Shown: positions 1-8,790 of the stretch, one piece after another
How the letters are laid out: each line of letters begins with the position of its first letter
Position numbering within the stretch: the stretch's first letter is position 1
NCBI GenBank assembly: GCA_905202255.1
Contig: CAJKRH010000003.1
Coordinates: 2,466 to 66,465 of the forward strand
Source: an uncultured Ruminococcus sp.
GTDB taxonomy: Bacteria > Bacillota > Clostridia > Oscillospirales > CAG-272
Direction of reading: 5' to 3'
DNA length: 64,000 nucleotides
The notes under the pieces: generated by a model
The model's database searches: none
What the model saw: only the letters and a program-made list of their open reading frames with translations
What the model was told of the DNA's origin: nothing
Program-made: the position numbers and the translations under genes

Positions 1-1
1 C

Positions 2-202
2 GAGCAATGCAAGATAGCGCTCCTGCAAAAGAAAGCAGGCAAACTGCAAGCCAACTTTATCGAGGGCATGGCGTGCGTCGGCGGATGTATCGGCGGCGCG
101 GGATGTCTCACCCATGGCGAAAAGAATAAAGCCGAGGTGGATAAATACGGCAAAGAGGCTCTTGAAAAAACCATTAAGGATGCAATCTCTGTTCTGAAAT
201 AA
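2..202 (+). CDS. 3' end of an [FeFe]-hydrogenase-like protein (partial, continues upstream of the window)
   Basis: Frame-2 translation reads ...ANFIEGMACVGGCIGGAGCLTHGEKNKAEVDKYGKEALEKTIKDAISVLK, with stop TAA at 200-202. The MACxGGCxxG cysteine motif resembles the C-terminal H-cluster motif of Fe-only hydrogenase large subunits. Confidence 0.45.
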   Translation, partial: EQCKIALLQKKAGKLQANFIEGMACVGGCIGGAGCLTHGEKNKAEVDKYGKEALEKTIKDAISVLK

Positions 203-284
203 TCAGAAAAATCAAACTATATGAAAATATCCCTGCATAAGGCGGCATGCCTTTATGCAGGGATATTTTATTTGCCGTACTTTT

Positions 285-911
285 TCAGTCCGCATTTTCC
301 AGAGCCGCGATATCTCCCGACTGAATTGCCGCGATATTGCGTTTTATTTTTTCTTCGCCCCAGTTCCACCAGCAAATGGCTTCAAGTTTTTCTATCGTCG
401 CATCGTCAAAACGCTTTCGTATCGGCTTTGCGGGCACACCGCCGACGATGGTGTACGGCGGTACATCCTTTGTCACCACGGCGCGCGTGCCGATGATGGC
501 TCCGTCACCTATCTTAACGCCCGACATAATCACCGCCTCATAGCCTATCCAGACATCGTTTCCGATGACAGTATCTCCCTTGTTGTCCCAAGCCATGCAT
601 ATGTCCTTTTTATCAAGCTCCCATTCGTCAAAAAATATGGGAAATGTATATGTGGAGAGCGACTTCATCGAATGATTTCCGCTTGTGAAAAGGAATTTCG
701 CTCCGCAGGCTATCGAGCAGAACTTCCCTATCTTCAGCTTATCTCCGTTTATGGGATAATGATAAAGCACATTGTTCTTTTCAAAATCGCGCGGGTCATG
801 GACGAAATCGTTGTATATGGTGTATTCGCCAACCTCGATATTCGGGTTTGTGATGACATCGCGCAGATATACTATCTGCCTGTCACCCGTGCGCGGATAA
901 ATCTTTTTCAT
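285..911 (-). CDS. Vat-family streptogramin A / xenobiotic (XAT-class) O-acetyltransferase, hexapeptide-repeat protein
   Basis: ORF 285..917. The second ATG (911) lies 6 nt after AGGAGA. Motifs [45 protein letters not shown] and WWNW match my memory of Vat/SatA-type acetyltransferases. Confidence 0.8.
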   Translation of the reverse strand: MKKIYPRTGDRQIVYLRDVITNPNIEVGEYTIYNDFVHDPRDFEKNNVLYHYPINGDKLKIGKFCSIACGAKFLFTSGNHSMKSLSTYTFPIFFDEWELDKKDICMAWDNKGDTVIGNDVWIGYEAVIMSGVKIGDGAIIGTRAVVTKDVPPYTIVGGVPAKPIRKRFDDATIEKLEAICWWNWGEEKIKRNIAAIQSGDIAALENAD

Positions 912-939
912 TTCCATTCTCCTTGTCGTAAATCAAAAA

Positions 940-1401
940 TCACCGAAACGACCGAACAGATACGGTTATATGCGCCGCGCCGAATATAACCATGATTATC
1001 GCTGCGGGAAAATTGTGCATCCATATCGCGGCGCAGAGGAAATACATCACGGGAAAAACGGCAAGCGGCATCGGCACGAAAAGAAACGCTTTTCCAAGGA
1101 GTGCCGTATCGCGCCCGCACGCAAAATAGCGAATCCACGCGATATAATAAAGCACAAGAAAAGCTATGGAAATATAAAACCATGCGCTTTTCAAATCAAG
1201 CGGTTTTTCGCCGACGAGAAATGTAAGCACGATAAGATATGCGATTCGGCTGACCCCCTCAACAGTCTCAAGCCACCGCGCCGAACTTTTAGCCGACGCC
1301 GCTTCACCTGCGGGCGAAAAAATCGCATAGGCGATATTGATGAGTATGGGGAGAGCAAAAATCACAAGCCCCACCCATGAAAAAGACAGCTTCAGATTCA
1401 T
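940..1401 (-). CDS. small polytopic membrane protein, unknown function
   Basis: 153-aa ORF with several hydrophobic segments. It overlaps the upstream tetR stop by 4 bp and ends 23 nt before the vat-like gene, so it lies in the same operon. Confidence 0.6.
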   Translation of the reverse strand: MNLKLSFSWVGLVIFALPILINIAYAIFSPAGEAASAKSSARWLETVEGVSRIAYLIVLTFLVGEKPLDLKSAWFYISIAFLVLYYIAWIRYFACGRDTALLGKAFLFVPMPLAVFPVMYFLCAAIWMHNFPAAIIMVIFGAAHITVSVRSFR

Positions 1402-2003
1402 AGTGTAAGCTCTGCTTTCATGGCAAATTCCGGAGATTTTGGCGGCTTGCCGTAAAGCGAACTTAGCGCACGGAACTCGCGCCGAAACGCTTCGCGAAGC
1501 TCATTGTCCGTAAGATCAAGATGACCGATATTGGCAAGAATCGCCAAGCCGTAAGAATAATACAGCATATCGCGATGGAATTTTTCCGCGGTTTCCCTGT
1601 CGTATCCGAAATCCTCGACTATCACATCGATTATATCATCGTAGAGCATATCGCTCTTATAATGGCTCGTCTGCCCGCCGTCGATATAAAGCCAGCGGAA
1701 AAGCTGCTTTTCCTCCGCCGCAAATCTGACAAAGCCCATACCGTAACTGCTGTATCTTGTGTCGATTCCCACGCAGGCGCGCAGAGAATCGCGCACGCGC
1801 GTTTTGTGCATTTCCGTGGCGCGGTCGGTCAGCGCCTGCTTCAACTCCGACATATTGCGAAAAGAAAAATAGATAGGCTGAGTGGAACAGCCGAGCTTCT
1901 GCGCCACACTTCTCGCATTTACAGCGGAAAATCCCCCCTCGCGCAAAACCTCCACAGCCGCATCTATAATATCCTCTCTCGATACCTTTTTTATTGCCGG
2001 CAT
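1398..2003 (-). CDS. TetR/AcrR-family transcriptional regulator
   Basis: The N-terminal HTH KVSREDIIDAAVEVLREGGFSAVNARSVAQKLGCSTQPIYFSFRNMSEL is typical of TetR_N. Confidence 0.85.
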   Translation of the reverse strand: MPAIKKVSREDIIDAAVEVLREGGFSAVNARSVAQKLGCSTQPIYFSFRNMSELKQALTDRATEMHKTRVRDSLRACVGIDTRYSSYGMGFVRFAAEEKQLFRWLYIDGGQTSHYKSDMLYDDIIDVIVEDFGYDRETAEKFHRDMLYYSYGLAILANIGHLDLTDNELREAFRREFRALSSLYGKPPKSPEFAMKAELTL

Positions 2004-2102
2004 GACTTTTCCTCCTATAATAACATTTTGTTATGCATAACATAGCGTTATTATACGCCAAATCGTACCGTTTGTCAAGAGCTCCGCTGAAAATCGCGCA
2101 AA

Positions 2103-2129
2103 AAAGTCGGGCGAATATCGCCCGACTTT
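2103..2129 (-). terminator. intrinsic terminator downstream of asnA
   Basis: Perfect 11-bp stem AAAGTCGGGCG/CGCCCGACTTT with a 5-nt loop. On the minus strand it is followed by a T-run (plus-strand A-run 2100-2105). Confidence 0.7.
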
Positions 2130-2224
2130 CTTATATATCAATCAAACAGTGTTTCCTTGCTTCTGTTTTCGTTTGACTCTTATCAGCCGAAGGAACCTTT
2201 GCAGTAGTTGACAAATCTGAAAAA

Positions 2225-3232
2225 TCAAAGCAGGATAATTCCGTTTTCGGCGCAGATTTTTCTCGTTTCATCATCCCAGAGCGAAACCTGAACCTCGCCT
2301 ATATGCGCCTTACCGAGCAGGAGCATGGAGAGACGCGACTGACCTATGCCTCCGCCCATGGTAAGCGGGAGCTTGCCTGCCAGAAGCGCACTGTGGAAAG
2401 GAAGCTTTCTCCTGTCGTCCGCGCCTGCGGCACTTAGCTGCCTGTCCATTGCCTCGGGGTCTACGCGTATACCCATAGAAGAAATCTCAAAAGCACAGCC
2501 GAGAATATCATTCCAAAAGAGGATATCTCCGTTGAGCTTCCAGTCATCATAGTCGGGTGCTCTTCCGTCGTGCGGCTTGCCTGATCTCAGCTTGTCGCCT
2601 ATCTGCATGATAAATGCCGTCTTATGCTTGCGAAGATATTCGTTTTCCCTCTCCTTCGGTGTGAGGTCGGGGTACATATCCTCCAGCTCCTGAGTAGTGA
2701 CAAAGCTGACGATACGCTCAAGCTCGACTGTTATCTGCGGATATCTTACCTTAAGCATATCAAGCGTGTCGCATATAGCCCCGACTATTCCCTTCACTGT
2801 ATTTTTGAGATAAGTGACGGTCCTTGTTTCGGGTGTGATTATCTTCTCCCAGTCCCACTGGTCGGTATATATGGAATGAAGATTGTCCAGCTCCTCATCA
2901 CGGCGGATTGCATTCATATCCGTATAGAGACCTTCACCCTCATGGAAGCAGTAAACGCCAAGTGCCATGCGCTTCCATTTTGCGAGGGAATGAACTACCA
3001 CGGCATCTTTTCCCGTATCCTTGATGTCAAAGCGCACAGGGCGCTCAATGCCGTTCAGGTCATCGTTGAGTCCTGTCTCCGGATCTACGAAAAGCGGCGC
3101 GGAAACACGCTTCAAATTCAGAACATTACAAAGCCTCTCCTCAAAAATTCGTTTTAACATACCTATTGCCGTCTGCGTGTCATAAAGCCCGAGAGTCGCT
3201 TTATATCCCTTCGGCACGATAACCTTGCTCAT
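2225..3232 (-). CDS. asnA: aspartate--ammonia ligase (asparagine synthetase A)
   Basis: 335 aa. N-terminus MSKVIVPKGYKATLGLYDTQTAIGMLKRIFE and C-terminal GGGIGQSRLSMLLLGKAHIGEVQVSLW are hallmark AsnA sequences. Confidence 0.93.
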   Translation of the reverse strand: MSKVIVPKGYKATLGLYDTQTAIGMLKRIFEERLCNVLNLKRVSAPLFVDPETGLNDDLNGIERPVRFDIKDTGKDAVVVHSLAKWKRMALGVYCFHEGEGLYTDMNAIRRDEELDNLHSIYTDQWDWEKIITPETRTVTYLKNTVKGIVGAICDTLDMLKVRYPQITVELERIVSFVTTQELEDMYPDLTPKERENEYLRKHKTAFIMQIGDKLRSGKPHDGRAPDYDDWKLNGDILFWNDILGCAFEISSMGIRVDPEAMDRQLSAAGADDRRKLPFHSALLAGKLPLTMGGGIGQSRLSMLLLGKAHIGEVQVSLWDDETRKICAENGIILL

Positions 3233-3336
3233 ATGAAAGCCTCCTTTAATTTTTTTGATATGTCAGTATAAAACAATTTTCACCAAATGTCAATAGAATC
3301 CTGCCATTTTTTCTTTAAAAATATTTTCAAAACCAC

Positions 3337-3365
3337 TTTACAAAAATGTACTTCTATGTTAAAAT
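3337..3365 (+). promoter_or_regulatory. sigma70-type promoter for the decarboxylase-beta leader
   Basis: TTTACA (3337-3342), a 17-nt spacer, then TAAAAT (3360-3365). Confidence 0.55.
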
Positions 3366-3371
3366 ATTATC

Positions 3372-3509
3372 ATCATTTCCCAAAAGGGAGTAGCGTGCGG
3401 GCTTGTCCCGTTGCATCGCCGTCATCACGGTGTTACCACCCGACGATGCATTAAATCGCAAGACTTTCGGGCTACTGTGTTTACAGCGGCTTTGAAAGTC
3501 TGTTTTTTT
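3372..3509 (+). promoter_or_regulatory. structured 5' leader ending in an intrinsic terminator (attenuator / candidate riboswitch)
   Basis: Nested hairpins: TGCATCG...CGATGCA enclosing CCGT-CATC-ACGG, plus GCGGG-CTTGT-CCCGT. A terminator stem AGACTTTC (3461-3468)/GAAAGTCT (3494-3501) and T-run 3503-3509 lie 28 nt before the start codon. Confidence 0.5.
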
Positions 3510-3537
3510 ATACTTTTTTGAAAGGAAGAAACATTTT

Positions 3538-4665
3538 ATGGGAATTTTATCTCAAATTCTTGAGCAGTTACAGGCGATATCCTATAAGCATATCATTATG
3601 TGGGCTATAGGCGCTCTGCTCATCTACCTCGCCATCAAAAAGGATATGGAGCCTGCGCTCCTGCTCCCGATGGGCTTCGGCGCGATACTCGTAAACCTGC
3701 CGTTTTCCGGTGCGCTCACGCAAGGAACGGAAATCGGCGCACTCTCAAAACTTTTCGATATCGGCATCGGGGAGGAAAGCGGTGAGCTTTTCCCTCTGCT
3801 CCTCTTTATCGGCATCGGCGCGATGATTGATTTCGGTCCGCTCCTCTCAAATCCGAAGCTCCTGCTTTTCGGCGCGGCGGCGCAATTCGGCATCTTCTTC
3901 ACGCTCAGCATGGCTCGCCTCTTCGGTTTCGAACTCAATGATGCCGCCTCTATCGCCATAATCGGCGCGGCAGACGGACCCACCTCCATAGTCGTGGCAA
4001 AGCTTCTCAAGTCACAATTTATCGGTGCCATCATGGTAGCGGCATATTCATATATGGCACTCGTGCCGATAATCCAGCCTCCTGTGATAAAGCTGATGAC
4101 GACAAAAAAAGAGCGACTTATCCGCATGCCCTATGAAGCAAAGAATGTTTCCAAGCTCACAAGAATACTTTTCCCGATTATACTCACTATAATCGTCGGC
4201 ATCATAGCGCCGAAGAGTGTTTCGCTCATAGGTTTCCTCATGTTCGGTAATCTGCTCCGTGAATGCGGCGTGCTCGATTCACTCTCGGAAACAGCGCAAA
4301 AGGTTCTTGCAAATCTCATCACGCTTCTGCTCGGCATCACCATAGCAACACAGATGCAGGCAGATAAATTCATTAAGAAAGAGACCCTCCTGATTATCGC
4401 TCTCGGTCTCGTGGCGTTCATATTTGATACAGTCGGCGGTGTGCTTTTTGCAAAGCTTATCAACCTTTTCTCAAAGAAGAAGATAAACCCGATGATAGGT
4501 GCGGCAGGCATTTCGGCTTTCCCGATGTCGGCGCGCGTAATCCACAAGATGGGACTTGCGGAAGATCCGCAGAACTTCCTGCTCATGCATACAGTAGGCG
4601 TAAATGTTTCCGGTCAGATAGCTTCTGTTATAGCCGGCGGTCTTATCGTCGCTCTCGTTTCGTAA
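3538..4665 (+). CDS. sodium ion-translocating decarboxylase beta subunit (OadB/GcdB/MmdB family)
   Basis: 375-aa polytopic membrane protein with good RBS context. The sequence pattern (..AIGALLIYLAIKKDMEPALLLPMGFGAILVNLP.., ..GAADGPTSI.., ..MIGAAGISAFPMSARV..) matches the beta subunit family. Confidence 0.88.
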   Translation: MGILSQILEQLQAISYKHIIMWAIGALLIYLAIKKDMEPALLLPMGFGAILVNLPFSGALTQGTEIGALSKLFDIGIGEESGELFPLLLFIGIGAMIDFGPLLSNPKLLLFGAAAQFGIFFTLSMARLFGFELNDAASIAIIGAADGPTSIVVAKLLKSQFIGAIMVAAYSYMALVPIIQPPVIKLMTTKKERLIRMPYEAKNVSKLTRILFPIILTIIVGIIAPKSVSLIGFLMFGNLLRECGVLDSLSETAQKVLANLITLLLGITIATQMQADKFIKKETLLIIALGLVAFIFDTVGGVLFAKLINLFSKKKINPMIGAAGISAFPMSARVIHKMGLAEDPQNFLLMHTVGVNVSGQIASVIAGGLIVALVS

Positions 4666-4677
4666 GGAGGATTTCAT

Positions 4678-4821
4678 ATGTTTGATGTAAAAGCTTTTCT
4701 CGATAGCCTTCCCATCATGGGAGAAGGAATGCTCGGTATATTCGGCGTCTGCCTGATAATAATCGGGTGCGTCTATCTCATCGCCGCAATAAAGCCGAAA
4801 GATAAAAACAAAAAAGACTGA
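4678..4821 (+). CDS. 47-aa single-TM peptide, OadG-like small subunit candidate
   Basis: Not in the ORF track because it is under 60 aa. AAGGAGG lies 7 nt upstream of ATG 4678. Translation is MFDVKAFLDSLPIMGEGMLGIFGVCLIIIGCVYLIAAIKPKDKNKKD; its position right after the beta subunit is as for gamma subunits. Confidence 0.55.
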   Translation: MFDVKAFLDSLPIMGEGMLGIFGVCLIIIGCVYLIAAIKPKDKNKKD

Positions 4822-4853
4822 GATAAAAATTCTCTGCCTTTCTGATTGCTGAT

Positions 4854-4891
4854 ATAACAGAGCGCCGCGGAAATCCGCGGCGCTCTGTTAT
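4854..4891. terminator. bidirectional intrinsic terminator between convergent genes
   Basis: Perfect 17-bp inverted repeat ATAACAGAGCGCCGCGG-AAAT-CCGCGGCGCTCTGTTAT. Confidence 0.7.
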
Positions 4892-4935
4892 CTGTTTGAT
4901 ATTGACCATGCGAAATCGCAGCATCAATGCAAAAA

Positions 4936-5937
4936 TTACTTTACATATGTGCAGCCCTTGTCAAATTCGATTGTACCGTTGTAGTTCTTGATGATACCTG
5001 TAACGGTAATAACATCGCCGACCTTGAGATCCTCGCCGCCCTTGAGACGGAAGCACTGGATTATTCTTTCGCCTACTTTGATATTGACCGTGATATTTTT
5101 GTAATCTGCACTGTATGCAGAGGGAATCTCAACTATCTCGCCACGGAGAACCTGCGTACCCTTCATTGTTGCGCCGTTCTCAAGAGCATAAGCCTTCTCA
5201 GCTGTCAGAAGCTGCTTCGCCTCTTCTACGCTCATATCCTTGGAATATGTGCAACCCTTGTCAAATTCGATCGTGCCGCCGTAATTCTTGATAGTACCCG
5301 TAACTGTGATGACATCGCCGACCTTGAGGTCCTCGCCGCCTTTGAGACGGAAGCACTGAATTATTCTTTCGCCTATCTTGATGTTGACTGTGATATTCTT
5401 GTAATCTGCGCTGTAGGCGGATGGAATTTCAACAATTTCACCGCGAAGAACCTGTGTGCCCTTCATTGTTGCGCCATCCTCAAGAGCAAATGCCTTCTCT
5501 ACAACTTCTGCGACAATCATATCGGCGGGAGCACCCTCGGGAAGTCTGTGAGCAAAGGAAACGGAAACCGTCTCACCTGCTTCATTCTTGATTGTGGCGA
5601 CGAGATTGTAAAGTGTCTCTGCATCGGCTTCTTCGTTTACGTCTATGACTACCATGCCCTTATCATTGGGTGTGATAACGATGTTCTCGGCAGAGCCACT
5701 TGTAGCATCTACAGTCCACTCTATCGGATATTCAACGCCGTTTATATTGATAGCGGCTACCACCTCGTAATCCTCGGGAGTGGTAACTGTGGCGTTCTTA
5801 TACATTGTATAAAGATATTCCTTTGCGAGGTCTAACGGATTTGCCTTAGGCTTATCGGGATTTGGCTTATCACCGCATCCGACAAACACCGAAAGACAAA
5901 GTGCAAGTGCAAAAACAAAAGCCAAAAATCTTTTCAT
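4936..5937 (-). CDS. secreted lipoprotein with two tandem ~85-aa beta-rich (OB-fold-like?) repeats
   Basis: Signal peptide plus lipobox (LSVFVGCGD). The C-terminal half contains two near-identical units of the form A[FY]ALE[DN]GATMKGTQVLRGEIVEIPSAYSADYKNITVNIK.GERIIQCFRLKGGEDLKVGDVITVTG.IKNY.GTIEFDKGCTY. Confidence 0.8.
   Translation of the reverse strand: MKRFLAFVFALALCLSVFVGCGDKPNPDKPKANPLDLAKEYLYTMYKNATVTTPEDYEVVAAININGVEYPIEWTVDATSGSAENIVITPNDKGMVVIDVNEEADAETLYNLVATIKNEAGETVSVSFAHRLPEGAPADMIVAEVVEKAFALEDGATMKGTQVLRGEIVEIPSAYSADYKNITVNIKIGERIIQCFRLKGGEDLKVGDVITVTGTIKNYGGTIEFDKGCTYSKDMSVEEAKQLLTAEKAYALENGATMKGTQVLRGEIVEIPSAYSADYKNITVNIKVGERIIQCFRLKGGEDLKVGDVITVTGIIKNYNGTIEFDKGCTYVK
4939..5493 (-). 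repeat. intragenic tandem duplication (two ~255-nt units separated by a 45-nt linker)
   Basis: Unit 4939-5193 and unit 5239-5493 are alignable base by base with scattered substitutions, both visibly in the DNA and in the protein. Confidence 0.85.
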
Positions 5938-5958
5938 GGTTTGCCTCCTTGTTATTCT

Positions 5959-7323
5959 TTAATTGTTGAACAAAATGTGTTTGTATGAAAATACCTTTAT
6001 CTGATAATTGCCGGCATAGTAATCGACAATTCCTCTGATATCAATATTTTTGCCGAGTAAATCATCGGGTGTGACAAGCTTTCCTTCCGAATCATTCATC
6101 GCTTCTGTGCGAAGCCTTATCTCAGTGCCGTCGTCTGCCGTGCAGATGAGAGTCATTTCGCCGTATGACGAGGTGCCCTCTTTGCCGACCGATTCGACTT
6201 CCTTAACGGTAAGCCCTTTCATGGAAATCGTAGTGGCAAGAGCAAGCTCGGCATATTTTGCGGTGATACTTCCCTCTTCGCCATCCAGAGTTACCTCGGA
6301 AGCAAATGTCGCGGCGGATGTCTCCCTGTATGCGGGCGTGTGCCCATCGCTTATTTTTTTGAGATTGCTCGGGTCATCGGGGCGCATCATATTGTATGAT
6401 AAGCCCGATACCTGATATACGCCGCCTGCCTCATAATACTGCACAGTGCCGACTATTCTCGAGCGATTGCCGACCGAGATTATATCAAGTCCCGCGCCGC
6501 TCAGCGAAAATCCGTAGTAAACGGAGATACCGTAATACATATCTGTATCGGCATCGTATTCCTCAACAGTTATGCTGTTGCTGTTGTCACTCGAGATTAT
6601 GCCCTCGAAAGCGACCTTTTTGCCGTTGTAAGCCTCGGGATTTGCACGAAGCTCTTTCAGAGTAAGCTCCACAGCGTCGCCGTAGTAGAAATCGGGGTCG
6701 CGCTCGCCGGAATATACATTCAGCTTCTGCGCCTTTGCCTGGTCAAGCGCCGCCATGCATGTTGTGCCGTAGCGGTTGTTTGCCGTGGATGAAGCGATGG
6801 CAAGCCCGTTCTGGAGAATCTCCAGATTCAGATTGCGATATTCGCTCTCGCCTTTCGACTTATACCAGACCCATACAAGATATCTGCCGCCTGTGGAATC
6901 GACATTCCACTTTCCGTCGTCCGATTCTATCATGATAGCATCGGCATTTTCGAGCTTTGAGCGTGTGAAATTCGATGCCGCCTTGCCGTATTCCTCGATT
7001 TTACCCGTGGATTCGGGAGTATTTATCGCGAGATATCTCGCCTTGAGCACTCCGCCGGAGACCACACTCTCGGGAACATGGAAATGCGTCGTATCGCCGT
7101 CCACAAAACTGCGCACAGTCACCTCCTGCTTGAGAGTTTCGGATGTCATATCGAGCTTCAGCATCGATACATAATCCCTTATCTCAATCGGTGCAGGTAC
7201 ATTGGTGCTTTCGGTAGTATTTTCGGCTGGAGTATTGCCGCAGGCGACTGCGAGCGGCAATACCATGCATATCAGAAGAAAGAGCGCCGAGATGCGTATA
7301 AATTTTTCGGATATTTTACTCAT
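5959..7323 (-). CDS. secreted thermonuclease (staphylococcal nuclease, SNase-like) lipoprotein with C-terminal extension
   Basis: Lipobox LAVACG. SNase core motifs are FVDGDTTHFHV, ARYLAINTPES, GGRYLVWVW and NLNLEILQNGLA. Confidence 0.85.
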   Translation of the reverse strand: MSKISEKFIRISALFLLICMVLPLAVACGNTPAENTTESTNVPAPIEIRDYVSMLKLDMTSETLKQEVTVRSFVDGDTTHFHVPESVVSGGVLKARYLAINTPESTGKIEEYGKAASNFTRSKLENADAIMIESDDGKWNVDSTGGRYLVWVWYKSKGESEYRNLNLEILQNGLAIASSTANNRYGTTCMAALDQAKAQKLNVYSGERDPDFYYGDAVELTLKELRANPEAYNGKKVAFEGIISSDNSNSITVEEYDADTDMYYGISVYYGFSLSGAGLDIISVGNRSRIVGTVQYYEAGGVYQVSGLSYNMMRPDDPSNLKKISDGHTPAYRETSAATFASEVTLDGEEGSITAKYAELALATTISMKGLTVKEVESVGKEGTSSYGEMTLICTADDGTEIRLRTEAMNDSEGKLVTPDDLLGKNIDIRGIVDYYAGNYQIKVFSYKHILFNN

Positions 7324-8726
7324 TAATATTCACACTCTGCGATAGCATCCTCAAATGCTTTCTTTATCATAGCATCAACATCGCCGCCGTCGTCAGCTGT
7401 CAGGCACTTTGCAAGAAGCTTGCCGACCTGGTCGCGGGCTGTGGAAGAACCGTTGAATGCGGGAGATGTGTAGTATGCGCTTTCCTGCTCAAGGCAAACC
7501 TTTGCGCTGAGTGCGGAAATATAGTTGCCGCCGTCTGCCTTTTCAACGAATGCCTTGTATGCTTCGTTGTTTGCAACAGACTTGAGAACGGGAACATAGC
7601 CGGAAGCCATGGAGAACTCTGCCTGGAAATCAGTGCTTGTTGTGAGGTACTTCACGAAGAGCCAGGAAGCGACAACTTCCTGAGCATTGTCTTTCTTGAA
7701 GATACATACGCTCGGACCCTGAGAAATAACTTTCTTATTTGACTGGGAAACCTGAGGGATGGTAGCTATGCCTACATCGAAAGGATAAGCGCCGTCTACC
7801 TTATTGGGGCGCTGGTGTGTAGCACCTGCGGAAGAACCGATGGACATGTAGCTCTTTGTACCTGTCTGAGCCGTGAAAAGACCGGATGTGTATGCGCCGA
7901 AGAGCGACTGAGTAGTGAGATAGCCCTTCTGATACCATTCGCGGAACTTCTTTACGAAGTTTCTGTTTGTTTCGTTATCAAAGAGATAATGCTCGCCTTC
8001 AGCACTTGTATAATCGGACTTGTACTGCTCGCACATGGTGATGAACCAGTTGCCTTCACTATCGTATCCGAGAGGAATAGAATTGGGGTCGATTTCCTTT
8101 ATTTTCTTCATTGTCTCTTCCATCTCATCCCATGTTGTGGGAACCTTGAGACCGTTTGCATCGAAGAATGTCTTGTTGTAATAAAGAACTTCTGTGGATT
8201 TCGAGAAAGGCATTGTGTACATGAGTCCGTCGCCGAACTGCATGCCTTCATTGTAGTAACCCTCAATGAAATCGTCCTTCTGCTCCTTTGTGAGACCGAG
8301 CGTTTCCTCTGTGCCGTCTGCTCTCTTTACGGTTATCTTGCTGTCGATAAGATTGTCAAGCGTAGCAACTGCGCCTGCAAGGTTATAGAGAGCAACATGG
8401 TCGGGATAGCAGTAAGCGATGTTCGGCTGATTCTTTACCGTGATTTCCGTGCTTATCTGGTCTCTCACATCATCATAGCTGCCAACCTGAGAATGAACGA
8501 TGTGGATATTCGGATAAAGCTTGTTGAAAGACTCAATGTAGCGGTCAAGAACCTCTGTCAGATTTGAGCCCATCGTGTGGTAAAATGTGATGGTAACCTC
8601 ACTGCCGTCGTATCCGCTTTCGGGAACATCAAAGTTCGGAATGCCTTTTTTCGCATTGCCTCCGCAGGAAGCCATAACAAAAACCATGGCAACCAAAAGC
8701 AGAACAGATAAGATTTTCTTCATCAT
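7323..8726 (-). CDS. ABC transporter extracellular solute-binding lipoprotein (carbohydrate-type, family 1)
   Basis: Signal peptide plus lipobox VMASCGG. Size and composition are typical of sugar SBPs, and it is the last gene of an ABC importer operon. Confidence 0.8.
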   Translation of the reverse strand: MMKKILSVLLLVAMVFVMASCGGNAKKGIPNFDVPESGYDGSEVTITFYHTMGSNLTEVLDRYIESFNKLYPNIHIVHSQVGSYDDVRDQISTEITVKNQPNIAYCYPDHVALYNLAGAVATLDNLIDSKITVKRADGTEETLGLTKEQKDDFIEGYYNEGMQFGDGLMYTMPFSKSTEVLYYNKTFFDANGLKVPTTWDEMEETMKKIKEIDPNSIPLGYDSEGNWFITMCEQYKSDYTSAEGEHYLFDNETNRNFVKKFREWYQKGYLTTQSLFGAYTSGLFTAQTGTKSYMSIGSSAGATHQRPNKVDGAYPFDVGIATIPQVSQSNKKVISQGPSVCIFKKDNAQEVVASWLFVKYLTTSTDFQAEFSMASGYVPVLKSVANNEAYKAFVEKADGGNYISALSAKVCLEQESAYYTSPAFNGSSTARDQVGKLLAKCLTADDGGDVDAMIKKAFEDAIAECEY

Positions 8727-8790
8727 AGTGTGGATTCCTCCTGTTTTTATTTTTTTTGATTTATCCGATAATAGCCTCTCTCGAAGCTTA

